Positions 51,630 to 63,089 of a DNA stretch of 64,000 nucleotides are shown one piece after another. Within the stretch, counting starts at the first letter, position 1. Each line of letters starts with the position of its first letter. Made by a program: the position numbers and the translations under genes. The stretch spans positions 96,001 through 160,000 of the forward strand of contig CAWCKJ010000003.1 in the NCBI GenBank assembly GCA_963796105.1, in the 5' to 3' direction. Origin of the DNA: a candidate division FCPU426 bacterium. GTDB lineage: Bacteria; Oederibacteriota; Muellerivitia; Muellerivitales; Muellerivitaceae. Below the pieces are notes generated by a model. That model saw only the letters and a list, made by a program, of their open reading frames with translations. It ran no database searches and was not told the DNA's origin.

Positions 51630-51666
51630 AGGATGAGTTGGCGGGAGAGGCCTCTGGGTGAACGAC

Positions 51667-52956
51667 TTATTGGGAATCTTTGCGCAGGGACAGCGCTAGA
51701 AAACCCGCGATAAGAAGTGTCAGGGCCAGGACTAGCATTCCGTTTTCGAAGCGGTGGGTGGCTTCCCTGACGATTCCAATGATGTTGGGCCCGACGAATC
51801 CGCCGATATTTCCCACGGAATTAATCAAGGCGATACCGCCCGCTGCCGCCCTGCCGCTTAAGAATACCGTGGGCAGGCTCCAAAAGGGTCCCAATGTGCT
51901 CCAGATTCCCGTGGCTGTCAGGCAAAGGGTGAGGAAGGCCAGCAGGGGATGGTTTTGCTGGAATAGGGCGCCCAGCAGGAGCCCCAGGCAGGCGCTGAAG
52001 CATGAAACTGCCACGTGCCAACGGCGTTCCCCCGATTGATCCGAATGATAGGCGACCCAGACCATTCCCGCAGAGGCGCAAAGGTAAGGGATGGCGGACA
52101 AAAGGGCTGCGGTTGTGTTATCGAGCCCCGAGAAATTCTTCAAGATTTGGGGCAGCCAGAAGGCTACTCCGTAAAAACTGATGATGATTGAAAAATAAAG
52201 AAGGCACAACTTCCAGACCCTAGGGTGCGCCAGGGCCTCTCCCAGTTTCAAAGGATGCCGGTTTTGAAGCTCCCGGCGCTCCCGATCCATGGTTTCCTCC
52301 AGCCATTTTCTTTCATTCTGGGACAACCATGAAGCGTTTTTCGGCCTGTCGGTCAGGTAAAAATAAGTCACGAAGCCCAAGATGAAAGAGGGAAGTCCTT
52401 CCAGAAGAAAAAGCCATTGCCAGCCCTGCAGGCTCCATGCACCCCTCAAGCTTAAAAGGAACGCGGAGAGAGGACCCCCAACAACACCTGCTAGGGCAGT
52501 GGAAGTCAGGAAAAGCACGAAGGCCCTGGCCCTTTCACGGGCCGGAATCCAGAAGGTAAGGTAGTAGAGGATACCTGGAAGGAAGCCGGCCTCCGCGGCT
52601 CCCAAAAGAAACCGGAGGGTATAAAAAACCGAGGGGTTTTTCACCCACAACATGCTACAGGAGAGAATTCCCCAGGTCACCATAATGCGGGTGATCCAGA
52701 GACGGGCACCGACTTTTTCCAATATTAGGTTGCTGGGGATCTCGAAAATCACATAGCCAATAAAAAAAACACCGGCCCCGAATCCATAAACCGCGTCGCT
52801 GAACCCCAGGTCCGTCTTCATATCCAGCGCCGCGTAGCTGATGTTGAAACGGTCCAGGTAATTCAGGATATAACAGAGAAATAGAAAGGGAATAAAACGC
52901 CGCTGAACTTTCGACGGGATGTTTGATAATATATTCGATGGACTTTGGTTTTGCAC
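51667..52956 (-). CDS. MFS transporter, anion:cation symporter (TtuB-like) family
   Basis: YLDRFNI, FEIPSN, RFLLGAAEAGFLPG, GWQWLFLLEGLP, INSVGNIGGF. Confidence 0.93.
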   Translation of the reverse strand: MQNQSPSNILSNIPSKVQRRFIPFLFLCYILNYLDRFNISYAALDMKTDLGFSDAVYGFGAGVFFIGYVIFEIPSNLILEKVGARLWITRIMVTWGILSCSMLWVKNPSVFYTLRFLLGAAEAGFLPGILYYLTFWIPARERARAFVLFLTSTALAGVVGGPLSAFLLSLRGAWSLQGWQWLFLLEGLPSFILGFVTYFYLTDRPKNASWLSQNERKWLEETMDRERRELQNRHPLKLGEALAHPRVWKLCLLYFSIIISFYGVAFWLPQILKNFSGLDNTTAALLSAIPYLCASAGMVWVAYHSDQSGERRWHVAVSCFSACLGLLLGALFQQNHPLLAFLTLCLTATGIWSTLGPFWSLPTVFLSGRAAAGGIALINSVGNIGGFVGPNIIGIVREATHRFENGMLVLALTLLIAGFLALSLRKDSQ

Positions 52957-53056
52957 AATTCCCCGAAACCTTTGACTGACTAGAGGATAGCCCCCATTTT
53001 AGCAACCCCCGCCGCGAGGCGGTAATTCGGCAGGCGATGGAAAAACGATAACTTTC

Positions 53057-54571
53057 ATGAAGAAACCATTATCTTATGTGTCACGAAACCCCAATTACAA
53101 TCCAGATAAACTGTATCTTCTGTTTTGGCTCCTATTCGTGCTCGGGTGTTTGGCTTTAACATCCGTCGAATTCATTCCTCTCTTCCAACGCCTTATCTGC
53201 CCTTTCCAGGTGAATCAAGGAGAGGCCATTAATGTGGAGTTTTCCAGGGTATTATCCAGGGGGGAGGGCTTATATCATGACCCTAATATCAGCCCTTACT
53301 TGCACGCCGCCTATCCTCCGGTTTTTCCGATCCTTGAAGACTGGCTTTCCAAGGGTCTACCGGGTACATGGTTTCCTGGAAGATTGCTGGCGTTTTCCGG
53401 CTATCTGGGCTGCGCCCTGGCGTTGCTGGTGTGGGGATGGAGCAAGGGACCCATCGCTCCAGCTGCGGGATTGGCGGTCTTGTTTCTTCTTTCCCCTACC
53501 TGGGCCGCTTGGGGAACTATGGTCCGGGTGGATTGTTTCGTAACCGCCATTGTTTTTATTTCATTCCTGCTTTTGAAAAAAGCGGATCGGTTAAAACTTG
53601 AAAACTGGAAAAAATTATTTCTTCTGATCACTGCGGGTTTTCTTACTGCGCTGGCTGTCTTTTGCAAACAACCCGCAATCACTCTTGTGATCGCCTTTGG
53701 TTTGACCTGCCTCCTTGAAAAAAAGTGGAAGGATTTTTTATGGTTTGGGGCAGCCTTCGGAATTCCTTCTCTCTCGTTGGTTTTCTATCTTCAGGACAGA
53801 TCACAAGGATTTTTTTGGAAGCAAACTGTCCTTTGGGTTTCCAATTATGGCTTCCAGCCTGACCTTCTGGTTTATTACTTGAAAAACAGCTTCATGCCTG
53901 AATGCGGGTGGCTTCTGGCAGGTGTGATCCTGACTTTTTTGTTTAAAAAAACATCCCTCTTCACCGAACTACAAACGCTGATGGCCCTCTTGACTGTTTT
54001 AGGTTTAGCCCATAAAGCCAGCGCGGAAAATTATTACATGGGATTTATTTTGTTCGGTCTATTTTTCATAGGAGAAGGGTGGCTGGGTTGGGAAAAGGGT
54101 GTTCCTCGGGATTTGGAGGGGAAATTGCGGAAAGAGGATGAATCGCCGATTAGGATTTCTTTATACACAGGTTTTCTTTTCCCTATGATCCTCATTGCGG
54201 GACTTATTTCCTTCAATCTCGGTCCGTGGCCTCGTGTTCCATCTGCTTATGAAACTCAGTCCAAGGAAGAGGTTTTGACCCTCTACCGCCAACCTGGGGA
54301 GTATTTGGCCTTGGATTTGGACCTTTTGGTGATGGCGGGAAAGCGGATTTTGGTCCAGCCGGCTGAATATACAGGTTTGGTGGAAAAAGGATTATGGAGT
54401 TCCGCTCCGCTGGTTCGGGATATCCGGGCTAAAAAATTTGCGACCATTGAATTGTACGACATCCCGAGGCAATACTTGCTTCCGAATGAAGTGACGGATG
54501 AAATCAATCTTTCCTATCGGGTGTTTTTAACTAAGTTCGGCCGTAAGTGGTATATCCCCAAAAAAGATTAA
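53057..54571 (+). CDS. Polytopic membrane protein, probable GT-C (ArnT/PMT-like) glycosyltransferase
   Basis: GE...LY...YPP, GRLL, RVD, KQ motifs with about 11-13 TM segments. Confidence 0.65.
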   Translation: MKKPLSYVSRNPNYNPDKLYLLFWLLFVLGCLALTSVEFIPLFQRLICPFQVNQGEAINVEFSRVLSRGEGLYHDPNISPYLHAAYPPVFPILEDWLSKGLPGTWFPGRLLAFSGYLGCALALLVWGWSKGPIAPAAGLAVLFLLSPTWAAWGTMVRVDCFVTAIVFISFLLLKKADRLKLENWKKLFLLITAGFLTALAVFCKQPAITLVIAFGLTCLLEKKWKDFLWFGAAFGIPSLSLVFYLQDRSQGFFWKQTVLWVSNYGFQPDLLVYYLKNSFMPECGWLLAGVILTFLFKKTSLFTELQTLMALLTVLGLAHKASAENYYMGFILFGLFFIGEGWLGWEKGVPRDLEGKLRKEDESPIRISLYTGFLFPMILIAGLISFNLGPWPRVPSAYETQSKEEVLTLYRQPGEYLALDLDLLVMAGKRILVQPAEYTGLVEKGLWSSAPLVRDIRAKKFATIELYDIPRQYLLPNEVTDEINLSYRVFLTKFGRKWYIPKKD

Positions 54572-54716
54572 GGGTATTTTCAACCTGACAAGTGAAGAGT
54601 TTGGATCGGTTTTTCTTATTTAGATTTTCATCTTTTCTTGGATACTACATTTCCAAATCATTTTGAATGAGTTTGAAAAGAAAATTTATAACTTTAAAGC
54701 CCGTTTTCAATGGGAT

Positions 54717-54725
54717 TGTTATAAT
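54717..54725 (+). promoter_or_regulatory. Putative extended -10 promoter of the glycogen genes
   Basis: TGTTATAAT about 50 nt upstream of ATG 54777. Confidence 0.45.
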
Positions 54726-54776
54726 CTTGGCTCATCCTTTGGTTAACAACGACAAATAAAGGAGTTTTGAGGGATC

Positions 54777-57230
54777 ATGCCAACTGCGCTCGTTATTCAT
54801 GGACATTTTTACCAGCCGCCCCGAGAAAACCCCTGGACAGGGGTGGTCGACGACCAGCCCAGCGCCCAACCCTTTCCCAATTGGAATGACCGTGTTTACT
54901 ATGAATGCTATAGGCCCAACGCATTCGCCCGGGTATTTGACTCCAAGTCGAATCGAATCGAAAGCATCGTCAATAGCTACGAGTCCCTCAATTTCAACAT
55001 CGGGCCGACGCTCCTTTCATGGATGGAGAAATACCATCCCCAAACCTACCTGCGCATCCTTGAGGCGGACCGTAACAGCCTGAAGCGCAACGGGGGACAC
55101 GGCAACGCCATCGCCCAGGCCTATAACCACGCCATCCTTCCCCTTTGCAACGAGGCGGACCGGGTAACGCAAGTGAAATGGGGGATCGCTGATTTCAAAT
55201 TCCGTTTCCGCAGGGAACCGGAGTCCTTGTGGCTATCCGAGACAGCCTGCGACGATGCCACCCTTTCAGTCCTGATTGATAACGGTCTTAAATACGTTAT
55301 TCTTTCACCGGAACAAGCCCAAAGGGTCCGGCCACTGCCGGGCGGAGATTGGCACGACGTTTCCCGAAACGATTTCGATACGGGCGTGGCTTACCGCTAC
55401 TTTCACAGGGATGGGTCCAGGCGTTTCATCGACCTATTCTTTTACGACCCGGAAATCTCCCGCGGAATTGCTTTCGAGGGTGCTCTGGTAACCAGCCAGG
55501 CTCTTGTGGACCGCATCGCGCGGACGTCCAAAGGCGATGGAAGGATTGTCCACGCCGCCACCGATGGGGAATCCTACGGCCACCATACCAAATTCGGCGA
55601 TTTAAGCCTAGCTTACGCCCTCAAGGTGGAAGCAGCAAACCGCGACTATTGGGTCACCAATTACGGAGCTTACCTGGAGAAATATCCGCCAGTTCAGGAG
55701 GTGGAGATTAAAAGAGGCGAGGATGGCCTAGGCACCTCCTGGAGCTGCGCCCATGGGGTGGGCCGATGGTTCCGTGATTGTGGCTGCCAGACCGGGGGCA
55801 AGGAAGGCTGGAACCAGGTTTGGAGAGGCCCCTTAAGGAAAGCCTTCAACCATATCCGGGACAAAGTGAGCGGTTATTTCGAGGCGGAGCGCGGGAAGCT
55901 TTTCCTGGATCCCTGGGCGGCCCGCAACGATTACATCCAATTGGTCCTGAATCCCCTGGCATCCCGGGAGGAATTCCTGGAAAAACACGCGGGGAGGAGC
56001 CTTTCCTCCATGGAGCAGGTGAAGGCCTTGGCGCAATTGGAAATCCAGCGCAACTCCATGTTGATGTATACAAGTTGTGGGTGGTTTTTCTCAGAGATTT
56101 CCGGTATTGAGGGTGTCCAGGTCATGAAATACGCCGCCCGGATTTTCGACCTTATGAAGATCCTTGACGAGATTTCCCCTGAAAACGAATTTTTGGCCAT
56201 CCTGGGACAAGCCAAAAGCAATTTTCTGGAATTCGGTACAGGCGCTGACGTTTACCACCGCTTCGCCGAGTCTAGCCGCGTGACTCCCCAGGGCGTGGTT
56301 GCCCATTTGGCTCTTTCTTCGCTGGTCACTCCGGTGCCTGATGAGGGGGAAGCCGGGGGTTACTTATACGAGATAACGAACCCGGTCCGGGAACAAAGGG
56401 GCAGGTATACGCTCATGGCGGGCCAGGTCCGCCTCAAGGAAGCCATGGTCCATCAAGAGTTCGGCTTCGCTTTCGCGGGAATCCACTTGGGGGGCATCGA
56501 TTTTTACGGTGCAATCAAGCCTTTCTTGCCCCCAGATCTATTCCGGAAATCCTCCCGTAAATTGGTGGATATGTTCAATATCTTATCCCTCCCGAAACTT
56601 CTTCGCCTGCTTCAAGAAGAGTTCGGGCCAGAAGAATTTGGGGTTGAGCAGATCCTGCCGGAGGCCCGAAAGAAAGTCTTCCAGGAGGTGTTTGGAAGCC
56701 TGGTGGACCGGTTTTCCGAGCAATATGTCCGCTTGTATGAGGAAAACCGCCGGAACCTGGAAATGCTCCAATCCGTCGGGTTCGAGCTTCCCAAGGAAAT
56801 CCAAGCGGCGGCAGAATTCACCTTTGGAAAGCTTTTTGAGGAGGAAATCCAGAAACGGGAATGGTTCAAGGACCCGGAGGCCTACCGAAGCCTGATCGAA
56901 CTCGCGGACGAGGTCACCCAGCACGGTTACCGCATTGACCGGTTCGTACCCCAGCACACGTTCCGTAACCTTTTAACGGAAATCGTGGACAACGCTGTGA
57001 CCGAGCCGAATGAGGATAACGTAAAAGCCGCCCTCGCGGTAGTGCAGATAACGAAAAAACTGGGACTGGATTATAATCTTTACCTCGCCCAGGAGGCGGT
57101 ATTTGAGGCAGCGGAAAAATCCCTGGAATTCGAGAAACTTATGGAGATTTCAGATTTATTGAATCTTCGAACAGATCTTCTTTTGGAAAAAAACACGAGG
57201 ATCAAAGAAACACTTCGCCCCACGGCTTAA
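54777..57230 (+). CDS. GH57-family glycoside hydrolase with DUF3536
   Basis: HGHFYQPPRENPW, WLSETA, ATDGESYGHH, SWSCAHGVGRW, MYTSCGWFF. Confidence 0.92.
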   Translation: MPTALVIHGHFYQPPRENPWTGVVDDQPSAQPFPNWNDRVYYECYRPNAFARVFDSKSNRIESIVNSYESLNFNIGPTLLSWMEKYHPQTYLRILEADRNSLKRNGGHGNAIAQAYNHAILPLCNEADRVTQVKWGIADFKFRFRREPESLWLSETACDDATLSVLIDNGLKYVILSPEQAQRVRPLPGGDWHDVSRNDFDTGVAYRYFHRDGSRRFIDLFFYDPEISRGIAFEGALVTSQALVDRIARTSKGDGRIVHAATDGESYGHHTKFGDLSLAYALKVEAANRDYWVTNYGAYLEKYPPVQEVEIKRGEDGLGTSWSCAHGVGRWFRDCGCQTGGKEGWNQVWRGPLRKAFNHIRDKVSGYFEAERGKLFLDPWAARNDYIQLVLNPLASREEFLEKHAGRSLSSMEQVKALAQLEIQRNSMLMYTSCGWFFSEISGIEGVQVMKYAARIFDLMKILDEISPENEFLAILGQAKSNFLEFGTGADVYHRFAESSRVTPQGVVAHLALSSLVTPVPDEGEAGGYLYEITNPVREQRGRYTLMAGQVRLKEAMVHQEFGFAFAGIHLGGIDFYGAIKPFLPPDLFRKSSRKLVDMFNILSLPKLLRLLQEEFGPEEFGVEQILPEARKKVFQEVFGSLVDRFSEQYVRLYEENRRNLEMLQSVGFELPKEIQAAAEFTFGKLFEEEIQKREWFKDPEAYRSLIELADEVTQHGYRIDRFVPQHTFRNLLTEIVDNAVTEPNEDNVKAALAVVQITKKLGLDYNLYLAQEAVFEAAEKSLEFEKLMEISDLLNLRTDLLLEKNTRIKETLRPTA

Positions 57231-57245
57231 TAGAAAGAGGAAAAA

Positions 57246-59465
57246 TTGCCCCCGCGAAAAAAGAAAAACCAAATTGAAACAAAAAATACCAAATCTTCAA
57301 GTTCCGACTTGGAGCGTTTAGTCAACCTATCCCACCGCGACCCTCACTCCATTCTTGGCATTCATCCCGTTCCAGAAGGGGTTTTCATCCGGGTTTTCCG
57401 GCCTGAGGCCAAGTCCATTTCCGTTTTGCTGGGTAAGAGGGAAATCCAGCTCCAACCCATTGAACCCAAAGGATTGTTTGAGACGCTGTTGCCCGGGGAA
57501 AAAGAATTTCCTCCCTATCGTGTCAGGGCGGAATATCTTGGCGGAAATGTTTTCGAATATTGGGACCCCTACGCTTTCTGGCCCACCTTGGGTGAATTGG
57601 ATTTGTTCCTTTTGGGCGAGGGAAATCACGAGAGACTTTATGAAAAAATGGGAGCGCACCCCACACGTTGGCAGGATGTCGAGGGGGTATCTTTCGCGGT
57701 CTGGGCGCCCGGCGGAAAAAGCGTCAGTGTGGTTGGGGATTTCAACGGCTGGGACGGTCGTCTGCATATGATGCGGTGTCTGGGAGTGTCGGGCATTTGG
57801 GAAATTTTCATACCAGAACTTCCGGCAGGCACCATGTACAAATACGAGATCCGCACGCCTTCGGGCGACATCCGCATGAAAGCTGACCCTTACGCCTTCG
57901 CAACGGAAGTGCCGCCCAAGACGGCCTCGGTCGTGCACAAGACTGCCTTCCATTTTAATGATACTGTATGGATGGAGAAACGGAAGAAGAGCGACGCCCT
58001 CCGGGAACCTATGTCCATCTACGAGTTACACCCGGAATCCTGGAGGAAAGTTCCCGAGGAGGGCAACCGTTCCCTGACCTATCGAGAAATGGCTTTCCAG
58101 TTGGCCGATTACATGAAGGAAATGGGTTTTACCCACGTTCAACTCATGCCGGTTATGGAGCATCCATTTGGGGGGTCCTGGGGTTACCAGGTGACCTCCT
58201 ATTTCGCGCCCACCTCACGGTTTGGAGATCCGGACGATTTCAAGTTTCTGGTGGACCACCTGCACCAAAACGGCATAGGGGTTCTCTTGGACTGGGTTCC
58301 AGCTCATTTCCCCAAGGACGATTTCGCCTTGGGCCGATTTGATGGCACCGCCCTTTATGAGCACATTGACCCCCGCCAGGGGGAGCATCCGGATTGGGGT
58401 ACTTATGTCTTCAATTTTGGGCGAAACGAGGTCCGCAACTTTTTGCTGTCCAGCGCTCTTTATTGGCTTTCCGAGTACCACGTGGACGGCTTGAGACTGG
58501 ACGCCGTGGCCTCTATGCTTTACCTGGATTACAGCCGCCAGGATGGGGAGTGGGTCGCCAACAAGTATGGAGGAAACGAAAATCTGGAAGCCATCTCCTT
58601 CCTCAAGCGCCTCAACGAATTGGCCCATGCCCAATTTCCGGGGGTGCTGATGATCGCCGAGGAATCCACGGCCTTTACGGGTGTGAGCAAGCCGACCTAT
58701 ACGGGCGGTCTGGGATTCGGATTCAAGTGGAACATGGGATGGATGCATGACACCCTTTTCTATTTCAGCCGGGACCCCATTTACCGCAGGTATAACCACA
58801 ACAATCTCACCTTCGGTTTCCTCTACGCTTGGAGCGAGAATTTCATTCTGCCTCTGTCTCATGACGAAGTTGTTCATGGAAAATGTTCCCTCATCGACAA
58901 GATGCCGGGGGACCGATGGCAAAAATTTTCGGGTCTCAGGTCGCTTTTCGGTTATATGTGGGCGCACCCAGGCAAGAAGCTCCTATTCATGGGGGGCGAG
59001 TTCGCCCAGTTCTATGAGTGGAACCATGAACAAAGCCTGGATTGGCATTTGACCCAATGGGCGGACCATTGGCGTATGCAGGACTATATGAAGGATTTGA
59101 ACCGCATCTACAAGGAAAACCCGGCCCTCTGGGAGGCGGATACGGACCCCTCCGGATTCCAATGGGTGGATGTCCACAACGCCAACGAAAATGTAGTGGC
59201 ATTTTTAAGGAAATCCCCTAAAACCGGGAGACAGTTACTCTGCATCGGAAATTTCTCGCCGGTTCTCCGTCATGGTTACCGAGTGGGCTTGCCGAAGTGG
59301 GGGTATTACAAGGAAATCCTGAATTCTGATTCCGCTCACTATGGCGGAAGCAATTTCGGCAATGGGGGAGGGGTGCAATCCGAGGATATTTCCTACCAAG
59401 GGATGCCCCATTCCGCCATTGTGTTCCTCCCCCCCTTGTCGATCTTGTGGTTTGAGGCGCCCTGA
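57246..59465 (+). CDS. glgB: 1,4-alpha-glucan branching enzyme
   Basis: [45 protein letters not shown]. Confidence 0.97.
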   Translation: MPPRKKKNQIETKNTKSSSSDLERLVNLSHRDPHSILGIHPVPEGVFIRVFRPEAKSISVLLGKREIQLQPIEPKGLFETLLPGEKEFPPYRVRAEYLGGNVFEYWDPYAFWPTLGELDLFLLGEGNHERLYEKMGAHPTRWQDVEGVSFAVWAPGGKSVSVVGDFNGWDGRLHMMRCLGVSGIWEIFIPELPAGTMYKYEIRTPSGDIRMKADPYAFATEVPPKTASVVHKTAFHFNDTVWMEKRKKSDALREPMSIYELHPESWRKVPEEGNRSLTYREMAFQLADYMKEMGFTHVQLMPVMEHPFGGSWGYQVTSYFAPTSRFGDPDDFKFLVDHLHQNGIGVLLDWVPAHFPKDDFALGRFDGTALYEHIDPRQGEHPDWGTYVFNFGRNEVRNFLLSSALYWLSEYHVDGLRLDAVASMLYLDYSRQDGEWVANKYGGNENLEAISFLKRLNELAHAQFPGVLMIAEESTAFTGVSKPTYTGGLGFGFKWNMGWMHDTLFYFSRDPIYRRYNHNNLTFGFLYAWSENFILPLSHDEVVHGKCSLIDKMPGDRWQKFSGLRSLFGYMWAHPGKKLLFMGGEFAQFYEWNHEQSLDWHLTQWADHWRMQDYMKDLNRIYKENPALWEADTDPSGFQWVDVHNANENVVAFLRKSPKTGRQLLCIGNFSPVLRHGYRVGLPKWGYYKEILNSDSAHYGGSNFGNGGGVQSEDISYQGMPHSAIVFLPPLSILWFEAP

Positions 59466-59514
59466 TCAGGTGTTTGAATTTGACCTTAATTCAGTTCATC
59501 CATTGGAGCAAAAA

Positions 59515-60120
59515 ATGAAAAACAAAATATTAATTTGTTTATTGTTTTCAATTCTTTTCATTGCGATCGCAGGACTATCCCCGTCAGAAAACGACTCGCG
59601 TATTATCGTCAAGCTTGGGCATAACTCGGCAAACGAGGAACAAAGAACAGCTTCCCTGTACCTGGTTTTCAAAGGGGACAAAAGCGACAGCATGATCGCT
59701 GTTGATTTAGAAAGAGAAACCCGTTTCTATGCCGAGGTTTGGGATGATTTGTATCTGCAAGTCACAACCGAGTCAAGTGACGATGGCATTGAAGCCTACC
59801 ATTTCGCTTTTTCAAAGGATGAGGCGGGCAATGAACCGGCAGCATTAAAAGACTCGAAGGATAAAGGGACATTGAGAGTGCTAGCTGCAGCGGATTTTAG
59901 GACGGTGGAAAATTCCTCAGCTCGCGTCTTGAAACCGGGTCCTGGAACCCCTGATGACCCCGGGGCCTTTCGATTGATTCATTATGGCGGTTTTGACGCC
60001 GAAATCAGAGTTCTTGAATTCAATATTGCCGGTGCGATTCCCAAAAAGAAACCCTATTTTAAATCACTATCTTGCATAGTCGGGATTACCGAGAATAATC
60101 AAAAAACATTGGTTAAATGA
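59515..60120 (+). CDS. Exported hypothetical protein
   Basis: GGAG RBS; N-terminal hydrophobic segment MKNKILICLLFSILFIAIAG; no recognised family. Confidence 0.6.
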   Translation: MKNKILICLLFSILFIAIAGLSPSENDSRIIVKLGHNSANEEQRTASLYLVFKGDKSDSMIAVDLERETRFYAEVWDDLYLQVTTESSDDGIEAYHFAFSKDEAGNEPAALKDSKDKGTLRVLAAADFRTVENSSARVLKPGPGTPDDPGAFRLIHYGGFDAEIRVLEFNIAGAIPKKKPYFKSLSCIVGITENNQKTLVK

Positions 60121-60211
60121 TATTCCTTTATGTGTGTGGGTTATAAAGCCATTCCATTTGAATCTTATATATAATGATCCGTTTTAAATCCGAATTAAGA
60201 AGGTTGACACT

Positions 60212-61321
60212 ATGAAACACAATTCCTCCATGAATTCTGAAAAACAAAAAAATACAAGCAATAAAGGAACCGCGGAAAAAACGATCCTTCAACGGGAATT
60301 GGACATGTTCCACAGGATCATCGAGGGCATGAGGGAGGAGCTTTCCTACGTGGATCTCCTGAAACTCACAGTCACCTGCGTCTGCAAGGGATTGGGCTAT
60401 GACCGGGCCGGAATTTTCTTGGTGGAACCAGGTGGGAAGAGTATCGCGAGGGCCATCGGAGTTGACGCCAAAGGCCGGTTCGAGGTCGGGCATGACCATG
60501 TGGATCCTCTTTTAAATAAAAAGGGTTTCAGCACTTTTTCGGATTTGGTTTACGGCTATAAAAAGTATTTCTATACCGCCAACCTGCTCAAGCTTTATCC
60601 CGATGCCAAGGGTGTCGAGAAAGGCGTGACCTGCAACGCGAATGTTCCGATTTCGATGGGAAAGAAACGAATCATAGGTGTTCTGGCCGTGGATAACCTA
60701 TTCACCCAACGTCAACTGACCCTCAAGGATATCGGCTCCCTCATGAATTTCGCGACCCAGGCGGGGATGGCCATTGAGACTATCCGACTTCATGAGCAGG
60801 TTCGCGAGCTTTCGGTTACCGACGGTTTGACAAGGATTCACAATCGGAGGTATTTCGAGAGGTTCCTGGAAGATGAGGCCGCGAGAAGCAAGCGGTATAA
60901 CCGCGCCTTCAGTCTTCTTTACCTGGATGTGGACCATTTCAAAAAAATCAACGACCATTACGGCCATCCAGCCGGCGATGAAGTGCTAAAATTCATCGCA
61001 TTATTTTTGCGCGCTGACCTTCGAACCATTGATGTGGTAGCCAGATTAGGAGGGGACGAATTCGGCATCATTCTTCCCGAAATACATCCGGAGGGGGCCA
61101 TGACGGTAGCCCAGCGGCTTCATCGGAAGATTGCAGAAGTCCACCTGCCAGTGGAAGCGATGGTGAAAGACCGGAAAAAGATCACACTCAGTATTGGATT
61201 AGCCACTTTTCCGGAGAATGCCTCTAGCGCCGAGGAATTGGTCAAGATGGCGGATAAGAGCCTCTACAAAGCCAAGACCTCCGGCCGAAATCGTGTTGGA
61301 CCTTTTATTAGGAAATCCTGA
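60212..61321 (+). CDS. GAF-domain diguanylate cyclase
   Basis: GAF (IIGVLAVDN), DGLT..HNRR, DVDHFKKIND.YGH..GD, RTID I-site, RLGGDEF. Confidence 0.93.
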   Translation: MKHNSSMNSEKQKNTSNKGTAEKTILQRELDMFHRIIEGMREELSYVDLLKLTVTCVCKGLGYDRAGIFLVEPGGKSIARAIGVDAKGRFEVGHDHVDPLLNKKGFSTFSDLVYGYKKYFYTANLLKLYPDAKGVEKGVTCNANVPISMGKKRIIGVLAVDNLFTQRQLTLKDIGSLMNFATQAGMAIETIRLHEQVRELSVTDGLTRIHNRRYFERFLEDEAARSKRYNRAFSLLYLDVDHFKKINDHYGHPAGDEVLKFIALFLRADLRTIDVVARLGGDEFGIILPEIHPEGAMTVAQRLHRKIAEVHLPVEAMVKDRKKITLSIGLATFPENASSAEELVKMADKSLYKAKTSGRNRVGPFIRKS

Positions 61322-61465
61322 GAACCCACTGATCCTTTTTGGCCGGCTTACTTGTCGGCAATTACCCGCTTTACTCGATGGCAGAGGTCCCTTGGCTTAG
61401 TAGCAGGTTGCGGGGTGGGTGGGTGGCCCCTATAATGATGCCGTTTATTAAAATTTCTAACCAAG

Positions 61466-62323
61466 GTGAATATGAAAGTTAAGCATCTGAAGAGTGTTAA
61501 GAAAACAATTTTAAAGAAGGAATCCAAATCGGCTTGGGAAAGGGTTCAATTGGCCCGGAATTCCCAACGCCCCTTTACGGGAGACTATATTCCGCGTATT
61601 TTCACGGATTTTACCGCCATCCATGGGGATCGGGCCTTTGGGGATGATCTTGCTATCATCGGCGGTTTCGCTTACCTGGAAAGCCAACCGGTGGTGGTTT
61701 TGGGCCACCAAAAAGGCCATGACACAAAAGAAAATCTCCGCCGGAATTTCGGGATGCCTCATCCTGAAGGATACCGAAAGGCCCTCCGAATCATGAAATT
61801 GGGTGAGAAGTTCAAAAAGCCCATCATTTCATTCATTGATACGGCTGGGGCATACCCTGGCATTGGTGCTGAGGAACGTGGACAAGCCGAAGCTATCGCC
61901 CGTAATCTATTTGAAATGGCCAAACTCAAGGTTCCCGTGATCTCGGTCGTTCTGGGAGAAGGGGGAAGCGGGGGAGCCATCGGAATCGGGGTGGCTAACC
62001 GGGTTCTCATGATGGAAAACGCCTGGTATTCGGTCATCTCCCCGGAAGGTTGCGCGGCCATCCTTTGGGATGATCGGGAGAAAATTCAGCAAGCCGCCGA
62101 AGTGTTGAGGCTGACCGGAATGGATCTTCTTGATTTGAAAGTAATCGATGAGATCATTCCTGAACCCCATGGAGGAGCGCAGAACAATTTTGACGAAGCG
62201 GCGTACCAATTGAAAAAATCCCTTCTGAAGCACTTGTCAGTTCTCACGAAAATGTCACCGACGGAACTAGAGGCTCAAAGGTACCAGAAATTCCGGGCAA
62301 TCGGTGTTTTCAAGGAAAAATAG
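61466..62323 (+). CDS. accA: Acetyl-CoA carboxylase carboxyltransferase alpha subunit
   Basis: [60 protein letters not shown]. Confidence 0.96.
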   Translation: MNMKVKHLKSVKKTILKKESKSAWERVQLARNSQRPFTGDYIPRIFTDFTAIHGDRAFGDDLAIIGGFAYLESQPVVVLGHQKGHDTKENLRRNFGMPHPEGYRKALRIMKLGEKFKKPIISFIDTAGAYPGIGAEERGQAEAIARNLFEMAKLKVPVISVVLGEGGSGGAIGIGVANRVLMMENAWYSVISPEGCAAILWDDREKIQQAAEVLRLTGMDLLDLKVIDEIIPEPHGGAQNNFDEAAYQLKKSLLKHLSVLTKMSPTELEAQRYQKFRAIGVFKEK

Positions 62324-62363
62324 AAATTTAAAAAACTACCCACTTTAAAGGTTTCGGCGTTTC

Positions 62364-63089
62364 ATGATCCCCAGCCTTAAATCATTTTTTGTGTTTTTTT
62401 TAATGTTCGCATTATTCTGCCTTAACCCATTAACCTCTTGGTCTAAACCCCGGATTGTCCTCTTCGCCGCGCACGGCGGGTCGGAAGCAGGTGTGAAATC
62501 CGGTTCGGAATTGGAAAAAGACTGGAACTTAAAGATGGCTCTAACCCTTCAAAAATCCTTCGAAACAGCAGGGTTTGAGGTGGTGATGATCCGAAAAGGG
62601 GATCAAACTATTCCCCCTGAAAGATGGGTCAACCAAATTAATACTTCCCAGGCTTCCTTGGCCATCATCATTCATGCCGAAAGGGAATGGACGGGTAAAA
62701 TCACAGGCCCACTTCTGGTGGTGGAGCCGCCATCACGTTCTGATGCCGGCGAGGAGGGCGTCCAGAAATGGGGAGCGGTCAATATGACCCAATTCAGATC
62801 AAGCCTTAAACTAGCGAGGGCCATCGGACAAAAATTAGGTGTGAATTTGGCACTCAATAACCTTTCCGATACCAGGACCCTGGCTGGCGAAGCCGTCTCT
62901 CCGGAGGGAAGAATTTTCTGTGTGCCCCATCAAAGTTTGAGATGGCTGACTATTCCCTCGGTGGTATTGACACCTTTATTTTTAACATCCTCCCAAGATA
63001 TTAGAATGATGAGCCTTCAAAGTGGCGTGCAGTCTTTTGCAACGAATACGGTTTCTGGGACTATGGATTTTCTCCGGATTAACCCGTGA
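62364..63089 (+). CDS. Amidase_3 (N-acetylmuramoyl-L-alanine amidase)-like exported protein, catalytic Glu apparently lost
   Basis: AAHGG, EKDWNL, IHA retained; PSVVLTPLFLTS in place of PAVLVExGFLSN. Confidence 0.7.
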   Translation: MIPSLKSFFVFFLMFALFCLNPLTSWSKPRIVLFAAHGGSEAGVKSGSELEKDWNLKMALTLQKSFETAGFEVVMIRKGDQTIPPERWVNQINTSQASLAIIIHAEREWTGKITGPLLVVEPPSRSDAGEEGVQKWGAVNMTQFRSSLKLARAIGQKLGVNLALNNLSDTRTLAGEAVSPEGRIFCVPHQSLRWLTIPSVVLTPLFLTSSQDIRMMSLQSGVQSFATNTVSGTMDFLRINP